Of a stretch of DNA of 64,000 bases, positions 29,798 through 47,874 are shown in pieces (position 1 is the first letter of the stretch; every line of letters begins with the position of its first letter). The stretch lies in assembly GCF_002105155.1 (NCBI RefSeq), contig NW_019028992.1, forward strand, positions 248,001 through 312,000, written 5' to 3'. The position numbers and the translations under genes are program-made. The DNA comes from Lobosporangium transversale. Taxonomy: Eukaryota. The notes under the pieces were generated by a model that had not been told where the DNA came from, did not search any database, and was given only the letters and a program-made list of their open reading frames with translations.

Positions 29798-31306
29798 CTG
29801 GAATCTTTGTATGTTCAATCCAATGGATTGATTTGATTATGGAAAAGGAGGAGGAGGGGGAGGAGGGGGAGGAGGAGGAAGAGGAGGTTGTGTAAAAATG
29901 GAAAGAAAGAAGAGAAGAGTGAATATACTACAGCCGTTGAGAGGAAGAGAGAAAGAGAGAGAGAGAGAGAGAGAGTTGAATGTTGTTTGGAGATATGAAA
30001 TGCAGAGAAATAAAAACCAGAAAAGAAATAAGAATGTAAGAATATATAAGCAAGAGCAAAAGCAGAGCAAGAGAGAGAAGAAGAAGAAGAAGAAAAGAAA
30101 AAGAAAAAGAAAAAAGCAAGAGAAAGGTGGGGGAAGAGTAGAGTTTTATAGATTTCAGACGTTTTTGAAAGTGATGAGCAGACTGGTTCCTGAGTCTGAG
30201 AAAGTGCGATGAGATGAGTGCGGATGAAAAATAAAATAAAGAATAAAAAATAAAAAATAAAAAATAAAAAATAAAACTAGACCATAAAAAAATAAAACAG
30301 TTTTCTTGTGTCTTGTGTCTTGTGTCTTGTGTGTATACCTAAAATATGTGAGAGACTCTTTTTGTGTTAGGGCTCATCATTCTAAAAAGAAAACCCTAGA
30401 TGTCTGCGTAGACAAGTCTTATTATATTTGTATTATATACATCTGTATTCATTGTATACACATCTACTTGTTTATTCATTCATATTCATATTCATACTCA
30501 TATTCATATCTATAATATAATATATATATATATATATATGCAAATAACCACTTTACTTTACTTTGCTTTACTTTACTTTACTTTACCTTTCCTTACCTTA
30601 CTTTATTCTACTCTTCTTTACTTTCCTTTACTCTCCTTTACTTTTCTTCACTTGTTCGCTCCTGGCTGTGAATGAATTCGAATACAAATAAATAAATCCC
30701 AGCAACCTGATCCGTATCAATATCGCTGTAGACACCCTCAACATATTACATTAATACATCTCAACTAAATAATCGGCTCGATTACACACTCAGGTAGCAT
30801 CATTTAATACTCACTCGGTAATACAAATTATAGCTTAGCTTACAACATAAAACGTGGAAACGGAGTATTAAAATCAATGATCTCTTCTCTCTTTTCCACA
30901 TTGCCATTACATCGTTATAGTCATAACCATAAAGAGCATCCATCATCTTTCTTCATCCTCAATGATGTAGTCTTTTACACATACTTTTTTTTTTTTTTTT
31001 TTTTTTTACTTTCTAGCATTAATCATACATAAATATATAGACAGTTGATAGATACATAGATATATATATACATAGATAGATAGATAGATATCATAATAAA
31101 AGTATATATATATTATACATTTAGATATTTAAATCATCCATCTCTGCCTCCAGACAACTGTTCAACATTAGTTTACATAGTCCAAATAGCTATCCTGGAC
31201 TCTCTTGTCCTATTTCCAGACTTCAAGTTTCTAAACGTCATCTCTGAGAGCCAAGGGAAAGGGTTCTCCTGTTGTCCATATCCATCTCTCTAAAACCCTT
31301 GTTCTT

Positions 31307-31337
<31 letters not shown>

Positions 31338-31754
31338 AGCAATAATAAGCCTTAGAACTCCAAGGGGGAGAAGGATTCATTTATAATATAAATATATATA
31401 TAATAAAATAAAAAAGAAAAGAAAAGAGCCATACTGTGATGACAAAGTAATGATAATATTTAGTATCTATCACTGAGCAAACCAGAATGCAAGTCCAGTC
31501 GGTGAAAGAAAAGAAAACGTGGAGTTTCCCTCCATTTTTTTTTTTTTTTTTTTTTTTTTTCCTTCTTCTGAATACCTCATCACCTTAACTGCAGTTAATG
31601 ATATAAACATGCATATACCATCCATCTTCTGTTAATATTTACATAAAAACGACATGCCTTGTGTCTCAAAAGGGTAAAGGATTAGAAAAAAAAAGTTGCA
31701 ATTTCAGCTTTGTCTGTATATCAGCCTCGGCATCGACCCCGTTTGTGTCAAAAG

Positions 31755-31787
<33 letters not shown>

Positions 31788-32212
31788 GCATGTACTTTAA
31801 AGGATTCCATTCCACAAAAGTCCACAAGTCCGTGTTCTTGTGTTGCACCCTGGATCCCCCTCTTTTGGATCTGTTTCTGAATTAGCCTACCTTAATTTGT
31901 CTTACTGCCGAGGCTGAACTGAAATCCTGAAATACCCGAGGGCTGTTCAAAAGAACGGTCCATCATTCTGGCCGACAACTCCGTCCTGACACATGTACAT
32001 TTACATACACAACCGACAAAGAAGCAAGGAAAGAAAGGGAAGAGAAGCGAAGGGACCTTTTCTGAATGCTCAACGGCCTTCCTTTCCAAAGCTTTGATTT
32101 ACTGGTCTAGTACTCTAGGCCCCAAACGAAAACTATAAACGAGAATTGTCACGCCTTTCAGGCATAATACCCAACTTTTTACTTTCGCTCTTTTCTATTT
32201 TCTTTTTTCCTT

Positions 32213-32244
<32 letters not shown>

Positions 32245-32791
32245 CAGGTACCCCAATCAGAAGTTGTTCTGGCTCCTTCCTTATACTGAATGTTCTTTTT
32301 TGTCTTTTACTTTTTATTTTTTTTTATTTTTTTATTTTTTTATTTTATCCTTTCGGACAACTGGGTTAAGTCAGGTTGAAGAAGGTTGGGCGAAAGCCAA
32401 GAGGTTATCTAACCCGCCAAAAGCTAATGACCACTGAAAAGGATCGCTCAACTTTTACGGTAACGGACTTTTCCTATTTTTACGTTTTGCTTCGCCAATT
32501 TTTTTAAGATCAAAGGAAACAAAGGATGGGCCAGGATCTAGTATAAATTAAAAAGACGATGACCAATGTCAAATGTATATACCATATAGCACCAATCGAA
32601 CTGACGACAGATGTGTATATCGTATATATATATGCTGTAACATCCACTAGATCAAGCACTAAATATGTTTTCACATTACTAATGGAAATGATCAAAGAAG
32701 TCATCATTTGCTGAAAAGTATATGATACTAAAGAAAAGAAATAATCGAAAGGTTCGCACTCTTGTTGGAAAATTCTAGGATGGATGTAGAG

Positions 32792-32823
<32 letters not shown>

Positions 32824-34050
32824 AAAGGGATCGGATACTTTTTTTCCATGCAGACGAACCACAAATGAACGATGGAGAATGAAAAACGGCATAGCTTCAT
32901 CAGAAAATTCTTGAGTCCCGATTGAGTAAACAAAGCCCTTGAAGACAATAGGTCCAGAAGAAACATCAACAATGTCAAAGTCGTCGTACCTTGAAAGTAG
33001 CTAGATCGGGAATGGTCTTGATTTCCAAATCCATACCCAAGATGCATAGACAAAACTAACATATGTCATCTTCAAGTTCAAGGATAGGAAAGGAAAGGAA
33101 AGGAAAGGATTCAATAAGGAGACAAACTACCTGAACGTGGACGACAGATGTAATAAATAAATAAAAATATATAGATATATATATACATTACATTATTCTG
33201 CAGCTTTGAACGTTTTGCGCGAAAGCGCGTCTTGCGTCTAGATTACTACATGTAGACTAGTCTATGAACAGTTGGATGCCTATTCACTTTTTCACACATT
33301 CATCTGATGCTGCATGTACACCTTTAATAGAGTATAAATAAATCAATCTATAATACATATTATGTATATATATATATATATTATAAATATATACGTATAT
33401 ACTTGTAGTCTATGCAAGTCCAAGGGTCTAGCGTGGAAGAACATGTTGAGCTTAGCTAGCTCTATATTGAATTAACTATGGCAACATTAGTCTTGTTGAT
33501 GTTGATGTTGATGTTGATGTTAATGTTGATGCATATATAGTATATATATATTTATAATATCATATTTGTATATTAAACGTACATGACAATGAATAAAATG
33601 ATGATAGCAGCAAAAAAAAAAAAAAAAAAACCATCCTTCTCTGATCTCTGAACAAGTCAAATATTATTGTCATATCTTTTACACTCCCAAGTTCTCTTCT
33701 CTCTTCCATCAATGAGTGGGGGAGAGGGGTTTGTGTAACCTCCAGTTTTTCATTTTTATCTGCTCTGCCTCTGTTCTTTGTCTTCTCTCTGCGTTTGTGT
33801 TTGCGTGGTTTTTTAATTTTTCTTGTTTGCTGACCCCATGACCAACATGGGAAAGACATGTTTGTGTTCATATACTGAGCCAATTGAAAAAAAAAAAAAA
33901 AAAAAAAAAAAAAGGTTTTTTTGCGGGAGAACAGGAAAATGTGCCGAATGGCGCAGAAGTCACGACTGTTGGCGTAATTCGCAAGAAATTATAAAAATGA
34001 TAGTGAGGTTTTGGTTTTATAAACCGAGAGCTGCGGGGGAATTGAGAACC

Positions 34051-34083
<33 letters not shown>

Positions 34084-35195
34084 GAGCAAGATGAGCAGGA
34101 CAAACCATTAACAAAATAGAATAAAATAAAATATACTCATCTTCTCTCGTTCTTTTGTCATATTCATACATACATGCCAATCGAATTTTTTTTTTTTTTT
34201 TTTTTTTTAGATTGAGCTGGCCTCTCTTTGTAGGTGTATATAGAATGATGCAAAATTGAGTCAATGGTTCTGTAAGTACGTTATAGTTTTTTTTCGATCA
34301 GGTTATATCAGCCAGGTGTACAAAGAGCAAAGTGGTGAGCAAACTGTGCCTTTTTCTATTCCACTGCTTTTTATCAAAGCAGAGTCAGTCAAAGGAGAAA
34401 GATATATAAAAAATAAATCCACCATGGTTTGTAGAAGAGTCAGGTACAAATATCAGGACACTTGACTTGCCGGTAATTGTTTTTGCCTTGATTTACGCTA
34501 GAGAAGGTGATGTAATGCTGTTTTACTGTTTGCTAACATGTAAAAAAAAAAAAAAAAAAAAAAAGGGACCTTTTTTTTTTTACCCTGCAAGGGTCGTTAA
34601 GAAAAGTGATGGATTACTCACCCCCCTGGTGTCTCTCTTTCATTCCCCGTAATCTTTTTTGTTTACATCATCTGACTGAAGTGTTGTAAACAAGCCCATC
34701 CTTGTGTCTGTGCAGATGATTTGTGGGGTGTTACTTTTATGCCAAAGGAACAAGATTGAAGTGGATAATGAAAGCACATCCAAAGGATGCCTCCTCTTCC
34801 CTTTGCTTCATTTGGGTGGTTTTGTTTTATTTTATTCTATGTTGTTTTATTTTATTTTATTTTATTTATTTATTGTTTTTTTTTTTGTGCAACCAAGAGG
34901 TCGATCAGTAAACATGTGTATTGACTACTGTATAGACTTGTAATCCTTCTCCTCTCTTCATAGTTCAAATACACAAACTTTCCTCATGCAGCAATGCAAC
35001 AAAAGGTTTAAATTTTCCGCATCAAGAGGACGAAAGGATGCAGTGTGTTAATGCAATTGGACTAAAAATGTGTTTATATTTTTATATTAATGAACTGATA
35101 TCCTCTCGCAGATGACCACTGTTGTCCACCTTTTTTTTTTTAATAATATTGTCATACAATATTTTATATATATTTTATATATATAATAGAGAGTT

Positions 35196-35231
<36 letters not shown>

Positions 35232-36376
35232 GACAATTCTCTGTCCACGGAACAATCTCTTTTTTGTTTTCTTTTTCCAAGCAAAGGAGCAGGAAGGGAA
35301 GAGAAACAGAAAAATAAAGGATAGAAACAACAAGATTAACGGGAACAGATTTTATATATATTATATATATATATTATAAATATATATACAGTACCATTGC
35401 AGCTTATATACTTATACGTACATATTCATAGTCCCAGCGGTCATTGTTTTCAAGGAAAAGAAACGTGCCGGAAACGTGCTTGGGAACATGGTCAATGACG
35501 AACAAAAGAAGCTTTTGTCGGGAATATATTTCATTGTCCTACAGTAATAATTAAACATTTGATTCAATCGAAGTACATTTATGTATTGTCTAAATTCGAC
35601 TGAGGATTGGTTCAAAAAAAAAAAAAAAAAAAAAAAAAATTTAAAGCCTGAATCTCCACAACCGATAATCTCAGAAGTAAACCCATCTACAGAACAGTTG
35701 TGACTAAATAACCGATGGCGCAGAATAAGACAGTGGGACTTTTCCCCAGAAATGAACGTTCCTGCATATTCCAGGGGCATAGCAAAACATCAAACAACGT
35801 AAGAGGGACCCTCTTTTTTTATTATTATTATTATTATTTATAATGAGCTAGTACAGTAGTTAAGCTACAGGGAAGATCAAAGGACCCGCAATGTCCATCA
35901 CACGTATACACATGTACTCGAAGCTTCTTTATTCTACGACCATAGAATTTCTTCTACATATTGATATGTATTATATATATATAAATATATATACATACAG
36001 ATATATTACTTTGTTCCGGCTCATCACGCAATCAAATAAAACAAACTCCATGAATCACCCACTTTTTTTCTTTCTTACACAGAACGCCGCTTTAAAGCAC
36101 TATAATGAAAACATAACGGACTGGGACTACTCTTTTTTTCTTTTCTTTTTTTTTTTTTTCTTTTCAACTACACGACAAAACCCTTTAATGAATTATAATA
36201 TGCATCCATATACATAAATGTATATACACACCCACATGTATACTCTGATTGGACTTCATTATCTCTGAAAAGTTGAGGCACACATACAGAAACGAGAAGG
36301 AGTAACAGATCAAAGTTCAGTCGACATTAAATGCATGTAGACTATCTCGCCGTTTTGATTGTTTCGATAATTTTAA

Positions 36377-36415
<39 letters not shown>

Positions 36416-36688
36416 TGGGTACAAGAATATGTATATAACCTTCCTTGAAAGTTAACGACAACATTGTCTTCTCAGTTACCCAGTCCTTAAAGCTCTTGGG
36501 ACCACTAGGTATTCTAGAGATCTACAGCGAGCATAGCAACCCCAACTCTAAAGTCTCATGCTTGTACGTGTATTAAGGTTTATGTATATCTATAGTCTAT
36601 TATGCTGGAAAGAAACTCTATATCCAGAGTATATATATTTAATGGTGAGCTCAACCTTGCTGTCTCTATCACCACTTTAGCGCTTGAG

Positions 36689-37668
36689 TCACGAAAGTAC
36701 TTCGTTCTTTCTCATCTCTAAAACCGTCAATGGCCTAACGCGAAGGCGATGTTCATGGTAGGGCTTGATACCAGGCCGTGCTTTCATGCCTATAAGACCT
36801 GGATGATCCTTTTGGATCTGCTTCTGCTTTTCATTCAGCTCTTTGACCATGTCCACACACGATTGAGAACCACATGTACCCTCATGCTTTTGCAGACAGG
36901 AAGGGCAAGAGATCATCAATAGGTTGCATGCCATGTTGGAGCAATTCAAGTAAAGGTCACAAGGAGCACCACATGTATGGCATTTGGCGATCACATCCTC
37001 TGTAATAGGTTCGCCTAGACGTTTATCAAAGGTAAAGTTCTTTCCCTTATAGATAGAGTGGACTTTGGCATCCTTTGTTGAAGTAGATGGATCAGCCTTT
37101 TCCTTTGCATCACCACGTTGTTCTTGAATATAACGACCATATGCAGTAACGCCTCCTTGCAGCATCTTGACAGAGCTAAACCCTTTCGATTTAAGCAATG
37201 CTCCTGAACGTGTGCAACGAATGCCTCCAGTGCAGTACATGTAAATATCCTGGTCTTCTTTACCCTTGCAGATCTCAAACATGGCTTCAATGTTTTCCTT
37301 GAAAGTAGTAACATCCGGTCGAATAGCATTCTCAAAATGACCAATGGCGCTAAAGACAAAAGGAAGGAGGGATCAATTCGGATCCGATATATTTCAGAGA
37401 CTGCATCATAAAAAGTGAAGAGCATGTGCTACCTTTCATAATGGTTCCTCATGTCGATCAAAATAGGAGGCTCCGATAGAGATGATAATTCTTTGTGCCA
37501 CTCTTCTGGTGTAAGATATGTAGGCTCGTTATTCAGATCGAACGTGCTATTGTCAATGCCATCGGATACGAGCTGGCGAGTTTAGATAGGATCCAAAGTC
37601 AGCAAGCTATTCAAACACACGTTTTTTCATCGCATATCATCCATGCTTTGAGATTGCATCCCTTTCCT

Positions 37669-37718
<50 letters not shown>

Positions 37719-38412
37719 GGCTATCCTGTACCTGTTTTTTAGCTCGAACATGCAACTTTTTGAATGCCTTGCCCTCAGACATGGCAGGATTAAACCGAAT
37801 TTTGTTAAAAATTGGCCAATGTGTGGCATAATACGTTTTGAATTCCTCGACCCGATTCTTGGGACAACTGATCTGTGCATTGATTCCCTCGCTGGAAACG
37901 TAGATTCTGCCAACAACATCCATGGGACGCAGATCTGTTAGGAAATAGTATTGAATCTTAAACACATCAGCCTCATCAATCGGACGAAACTGATAGAAGG
38001 ATAAGGTGATATATTCAGTTGGAGGCGGGTGCGGCGTTCGCTGGATATAATCCCTCATGAGTCGTAGCGTAGTCTTTTCCACGTCTTGTACCGGTGGAGT
38101 ATTGATATGAATTGTACCGTCACACAACACAGAGCTGTGAGGTTGGTCCAATAACGATGCTAATGACGATGTTTGTGTTGATCGCGAGGATATGGTATGA
38201 GGCTTTGATCGATTCAAGGTGGTGGACAAGGATGAAAAGAAAGCCCTGGTGGCTGTGTTTGGGTAGACTAGGCAAATATCTCTAGGATAGAACCTCACAC
38301 CTGAAGGGGCAGTGTGGGACAAAAGGAATCTTCCATGAAATGCATTGTTCCGAGTCGCCTTTGGAAGCAGCTGTAATACAGAGTAGAGTACCCTACAATG
38401 CGTGCAAGACAT
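36689..38412 (-). CDS. TrhO/YceA (UPF0176, TSTD2-like) rhodanese-domain protein with probable mitochondrial presequence, 3 exons
   Basis: GRIYVSSEGINAQIS, FKKLHVR, IDMRNHYESAIGHF, active loop YCTGGIRC, GKNFTFDKR, Cys-rich C-terminus; Arg/Ser/Leu-rich, acid-poor N-terminus. Confidence 0.88.
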
Positions 38413-38792
38413 GGAGGAAATCTGAAATGAGTTTTTTTTTTTTTTTGAAGATCTATTTGGTTAGAAGAAGGGAAGAAAGAGCACAAAGTTATGAGTAACA
38501 GGAGTCATGTGATAAATCCAGGCCCATCCACCATGCTCCGCCATCTGTCTGTGCAGGTAATTTTCATCGCAATGGAACAGCTTTTTTTATTTTCAAGCTC
38601 ATTTGCTGTATCAGTTATTTTGTCTTCTCTTCCTTCTCCAATCTTTCTCACCATCACCCCTCTTAGCTACGTCTTAATTCGAAAGACTCTCACGCTACAT
38701 CGCCACAGACACCATTGACCAACGTCTGAGTTGCAATTCCTCCGTGCTCGCCCTTAACCACCTGACCACACACTTAATACAAACTTTCTAAT

Positions 38793-43273
<4,481 letters not shown>

Positions 43274-43814
43274 ACAAGCTCTATTTAAAGTAGCAATTAA
43301 AAAGAATCAAGCAGAAAATATTATATGAATCAGCTAGTAGTTGGGGGTATCCGATTTTAATGTTGTTACTATTATTGTTATTATTATTATTATAATTATT
43401 ACTATTGAGGACATTTGGACAACAAAACTGAGGTTTACGTCTAGTACCCGACATTTATTTAGTACAAAGGCACAACAGTGCAGGTTCGTAAAAGCGGCCT
43501 CTTTCAGGTGAAGTAAAAATAACATTGTTGGTCAACCATCATTTTGCCCAGGCCAGCGATCGCAAGGTACTAAATAGAAAAAGTTCCTTCAGACCAACTT
43601 TGAAAGAGTTACAGTGTCTCAAGAACGATTTTAAAAGATAAATAAATAAATAAAATAAAAATTAACATTTGTCTTTTTAAAACTGTTAAAGCCTTCAATG
43701 CTGAGTTCCCAACATTCATCCAACCTTCCTAGAAAGAAAGAAAGAAAGAAAGAAAAAAAAAAAAAAAAAAAAAAAAGTAGTTTACTCTCGCCACATTGTT
43801 TAGAAAAAAATATT

Positions 43815-44242
43815 TGCTAATCTATTTGGCAGCCATTACCAAATATGATCAGTTTTGAAAACTCTCTTTGGCAGCCCAGCTGCCATAGAGCACCCTCATA
43901 AAAAGAATTATTTGCACGGTCCCGTACACACTGCTCCTCCTGTGGAAATAAAAATAAAAATAATTATAACGGAGTGTTTCTTTATGGACATGTTGATACC
44001 TTGGTGCTGTAAGTAAAGTCACTCATTTCCATCCGAAGCCGCTAACAGGCATTGAAGTGTAACTTATTCATACGGGTTTTACTCTTTCTGACAAACACTA
44101 ATATTTGTAATTATATGATGAATGCAATAAGGTGTAGTGTGTGGCCAATCAACCTTTTCAAACTAGATTTGCAAAACAATACTTGGCAGCCCAGCTGGCA
44201 TCTAAGTGTATGAAGTCAGGTGGCTGCCAAATAGATTAATCT
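43815..44242 (+). mobile_element. Mutator-like non-autonomous element, old copy A
   Basis: Termini TAATCTATTTGGCAGCC and GGCTGCCAAATAGATTAATC shared with copies B and C; TSD no longer recognisable. Confidence 0.7.
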
Positions 44243-44252
44243 ACTAGAAAAA

Positions 44253-44324
44253 TTCCCAGTCCTGGGATCAAACCGCGTTCCGTCAATGAAAGCTATAAAG
44301 TCTCGTCATTGCACCAACTTAGGA
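44253..44324 (-). pseudogene. Degenerate tRNA-Glu copy
   Basis: Aligns with 49837-49908, including the upstream flank GAGGTTAAAGT. Stems disrupted; anticodon position reads TTC. Confidence 0.7.
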
Positions 44325-44510
44325 GAGGTTAAAGTACTGCGGTCTTGTAAATATCATCTGTCCAAAAGCCACGTAACCATTCTCCGTACTTGCAAAGTCC
44401 TCTAACTGCAAGTCATGTGCTCTCTCTCCTCTGAGAATCACCTGACCCTAAGCCCAATGGCTGAGTAGTATACCCTAAAATCTCAAGTTCGGATCTAGCT
44501 TGTCAGTGTA

Positions 44511-44740
44511 GGCTCGTCACCAGCCTGTGTGGCTTATGTGCATTGCACTAACGCTCACTGACAGGCTGGGATCAAACTTAAGATTTTGGGGGGGGGTCAA
44601 CATCTAGCGGCATATTTCGACTTAGAAAAAAAAAAAAGGACCATTTCCTCGCCGTTTGTACGATGTTGACCAAGTTTGGTCCCAGCCTGTCAGTGAGCGT
44701 TAGTGCAATGCACATAAGCCACACAAGTTGGTGACGAGCC
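44511..44740. mobile_element. MITE with about 70-bp TIRs
   Basis: GGCTCGTCACCA...GGGATCAAACTT (44511-44579) inverted at 44672-44740; flanked by TA on both sides. Confidence 0.8.
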
Positions 44741-45008
44741 TATGACGAACCTGGTTATATCACTTGATTAAAGCTACGCTCGAACGACACAACCAGAATA
44801 TAATTTCATTCACATCCACAATCATCATGGAGCCTTCGCACCTCTCTGCTCAAGTGAAGCAAAGGTAAACATCGATAAATACATGTGTTGTCTTTATGTG
44901 CACATGCTAGTCATCCATTATAACTAATCTCAGTTACGTTTAAACAAGCTTTTAGCTGGATGCAAATCATGCCATCTCTTTTCAGAACGCCTGCAGGAGC
45001 GCTTTCAG

Positions 45009-45039
<31 letters not shown>

Positions 45040-45046
45040 GAAACTT

Positions 45047-45490
45047 CAGCAGCAAGGCCGCCTCAATCATTCTTTACGACCGAGCACTTCAAGTGCTTCC
45101 TTGTAGGAATCTTTAGTCCTCTCCATAGCGGGGTTGTGTCTATTGTGCTGTGCGTGCTTAGCTGTTGGTTCTTTCATTTTCATTCTCTTTTTTTATTTTT
45201 ATTTTTATTTTCATTTTCTTTGTAGTTTTTTTTCTGTCTCTTCTTTTTCCCCTCTTTTTTTTTCTTATTCTCTTCTGGATCAGCAGCAAGCTGCCTCAAT
45301 TATTCTCTACGACAGAGCATCTTGAGTGTTTCATTGTAAGAATCTTTAGTCCCCTCCTTGGCGGGGTTGTGTCTATTGTGCTGTGCGTGCTTAGCTGTTG
45401 GTTCTTTCATTTTCATTTTCATTCTCTTTTTTTATTTTTATTTTTATTTTCATTTTCTTTGTAGTTTTTTTTCTGTTTCTTCTTTTTTCC

Positions 45491-45524
<34 letters not shown>

Positions 45525-45655
45525 CGTAATCTCTTCTTTACCAGCAGCAAGCTACCTCAACTATTCTTTACGACAGAGCATCTTGAGTGTTTCATTGTAA
45601 GAATCTTTAGTCCCCTCCATAACAGGGTTGTGTCTATTGTGCTGCACGTGCTTTG
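45047..45655 (+). repeat. Three tandem exon/intron-like units of about 235-260 bp
   Basis: Unit CAGCAGCAAG..GCCTCAA...TGTGTCTATTGTGCTG followed by a pyrimidine tract, starting near 45047, 45281 and 45542; a related unit lies at about 63108. Confidence 0.8.
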
Positions 45656-45746
45656 CTTTTTTTTTTTTTTTTTTTTATATATATTTGAAGTGCATAGGTG
45701 TTTTGTGGACCCTACCGTTTTCTCAAGTTCGTTAACAAGTACAGAC

Positions 45747-45857
45747 CAGTGCTCCTATTCGATTCGAACGGATCGAATTCGAATAGCTTCGAATAAGCCA
45801 TATCCTGGTTTGATTCGAATCCTGATATCTATTCGAATGGTTCGAATAGGAGCACTG
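45747..45857. mobile_element. hAT-type MITE
   Basis: TIR CAGTGCTCCTATTCGA; decayed 8-bp flanks GTACAGAC/GTATTGAT. Confidence 0.7.
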
Positions 45858-45965
45858 GTATTGATGCACCGAAACATTTTCTTACATACAGAAATCCCCT
45901 GGGATGGAAGGCATGGGGATGAAGGATGGCTCCCTCTACACAGTTGACAAATGGATAGTAGAGGG

Positions 45966-46064
45966 CAGTGCTCCTATTCGAAATGAAATTTTGTCAATTA
46001 TGATGTTTCAGATAAAAATAAATAAATATCAATTGACAAAATTTCAGTTCGACTAGGAGCACTG
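45966..46064. mobile_element. hAT-type MITE
   Basis: Same TIR; 8-bp TSD GTAGAGGG/GTAGAAGG. Confidence 0.82.
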
Positions 46065-46913
46065 GTAGAAGGTAGTGATGTGTCGCAGGAGATGATGCCC
46101 TTCAGGCGTCAATTGGTGGAAGAGTGAAATATTTTATGGTAAGTCGGAAGTCAAGGAGATCAAAAGTTGTTTATTATTTTAGCTAGGTCGGAGCCTTATA
46201 TAGGCTCCAACATAGCCGTCACTAATTGCTCTGATCTATGAATAAAAAGGGAAGTGCTCCATTTGGGTACACTCCTTAGCCTCAGGACGTAACAAAGAGC
46301 CGACAAAGGTGAACAACATCTTTCACAAATGGTTAGTGAAAATTTTTAAATCCTTGCCATTAATTTTTAAATCTATGGGATCCAGGCTAAGTTATTGTTC
46401 TTCTTTTGTTCTACCAGTGCTCTCAGCTTCATCTTCTCAAAAGAGTTTTTGCTGGAGATGTATAGCACGGTCAACAAAGATATGCCCTTGGAAGTCAAAA
46501 AAATGTTTGCGGTGGAGATTAATGAGCTAGAGGGGGATCACTCCCTTGTTGTCAACTTTGCTGCAGGAAAGGCAATGCAAAAGTCTTGGTCAAGGGTCGA
46601 GGGGTTAGGTATATAGTTGATAGATTGATTATTCGTTGGGGGGTTTTGCTATACTACAAAGATACTATTTATATTGTGTAGTTCTGCTGCAAGGAACAAT
46701 CTAGAAATGGGCAAAGCATTGTTGGTGTAACAATTGATTTCTAGCATTTTCGCTTGCAGGCAACCAGCTCATTTAGAGAGTCCGAGGAGTTTTCGCAGTC
46801 CTTTGATTCGAATATTGCAGAACTTTCTGCGAAACTTTCTCCGGATGTTCGGCGGACACTGCTATTGACATTCATTGGCTTGTCCACAGCATTTCTATGG
46901 GAAGCGTTCCCAA

Positions 46914-47011
46914 CAGTGCTCCTATTCGAACTGAAATTTTGTCAATTGATATTTATTTTTTTAATCTGAAACATCATAATTGACAAAATTTCAGTTCGAA
47001 TAGGAGCACTG
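46914..47011. mobile_element. hAT-type MITE (inverted copy of 45966-46064)
   Basis: Same TIR; 8-bp TSD GTTCCCAA/GTCCCCAA. Confidence 0.82.
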
Positions 47012-47189
47012 GTCCCCAATTACGGAGCAAAGCCTCTTCGATCTTGTGCTCAAACCAATCTTCGAGGGGTTTTTCGGAAGTAAAGGGGTCCACTATGAGG
47101 CGTAAGTGCTTTCACTGTTTCCACTGTCCTGCTAAATGATTTTTGATAGCCCCTAAACAAGCCTTCGTTATTTTGCTATTTTCAGACAT

Positions 47190-47874
47190 AAACACTTGAT
47201 CACGCTTTCATATTTCAAACAAAGGCTCCGTCCAGATGCCCAGTGGTCAGTAAAACAACTTCCCGTCATGATATTCGAAGGAAAGAAAAGTGCTGCTGGT
47301 GGCGCTTGTTTGCAAAGAGATAAACAAAAACTATTTCATCTCCAAAAACTTGTGCTCGATCTGCAGCTAATCAACGGCGTGAGGAGCCCAATGCACTGGG
47401 AATCTTGGCTCAAAGTAAGATTTTTTTTATACTTCCTATTTTATTTTGTTATTTCATACACGATATGAGAAATTACTAACAATAAAAAGTATGTATCGTC
47501 CTCAGAAGGGATGTTGGAATTCTTCGTGCTGAGCTTGGAGCACGAAGCCCTCTACGTTGTGAAGGAGTTGGGAAATTTCCCATACCCTATTAATAGCCGT
47601 ACCTTCAAGAACATTGAAACGGATATAAACATCATGATGGAAGTAAGGGTATGTTCTTAGTTAATTGCCTGCCCGTTTGTCATAATTATACTGTATATGA
47701 AGAGTTCCAGTTTATGACCTTATTATTGTTTATCATAAAAATAAATAGAAAATCTTTGAACAGATTAAGCGAGACATCCTGGAACATGTTAGAGGCTCTT
47801 TAAGGGTTGAATGCGAAACTTCCATCATGGAGAGGGAAGGCGAGATCCGTAAGGATTGGATTCGACCTTCATAA
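47190..47874 (+). pseudogene. C-terminal exons of a decayed PD-(D/E)XK (Crinkler/CR-REase-like) gene
   Basis: RPDA...LPVMIFEGKK...RDKQKLFHLQKLVLD...NGVRSP; next exon MLEFFVLSLEHEALYVVKELG; frameshifts. Upstream part (about 44.8-47.1 kb) is broken by MITEs. Confidence 0.45.

Noticed and set aside
30698..30740. TPP riboswitch-like ACCTGATCCG
   Set aside because: Lacks the CTGAGA motif and downstream conserved pairing; no thiamine gene nearby.
19600..36600. Many 60-125 aa ORFs rich in Phe or Lys
   Set aside because: Translations of poly-T/poly-A and microsatellites, or shadows of real genes.
45047..45655. CRISPR-like repeat/spacer array
   Set aside because: Eukaryotic context; units exceed 100 bp and are diverged; the spacers are themselves repeated pyrimidine tracts.
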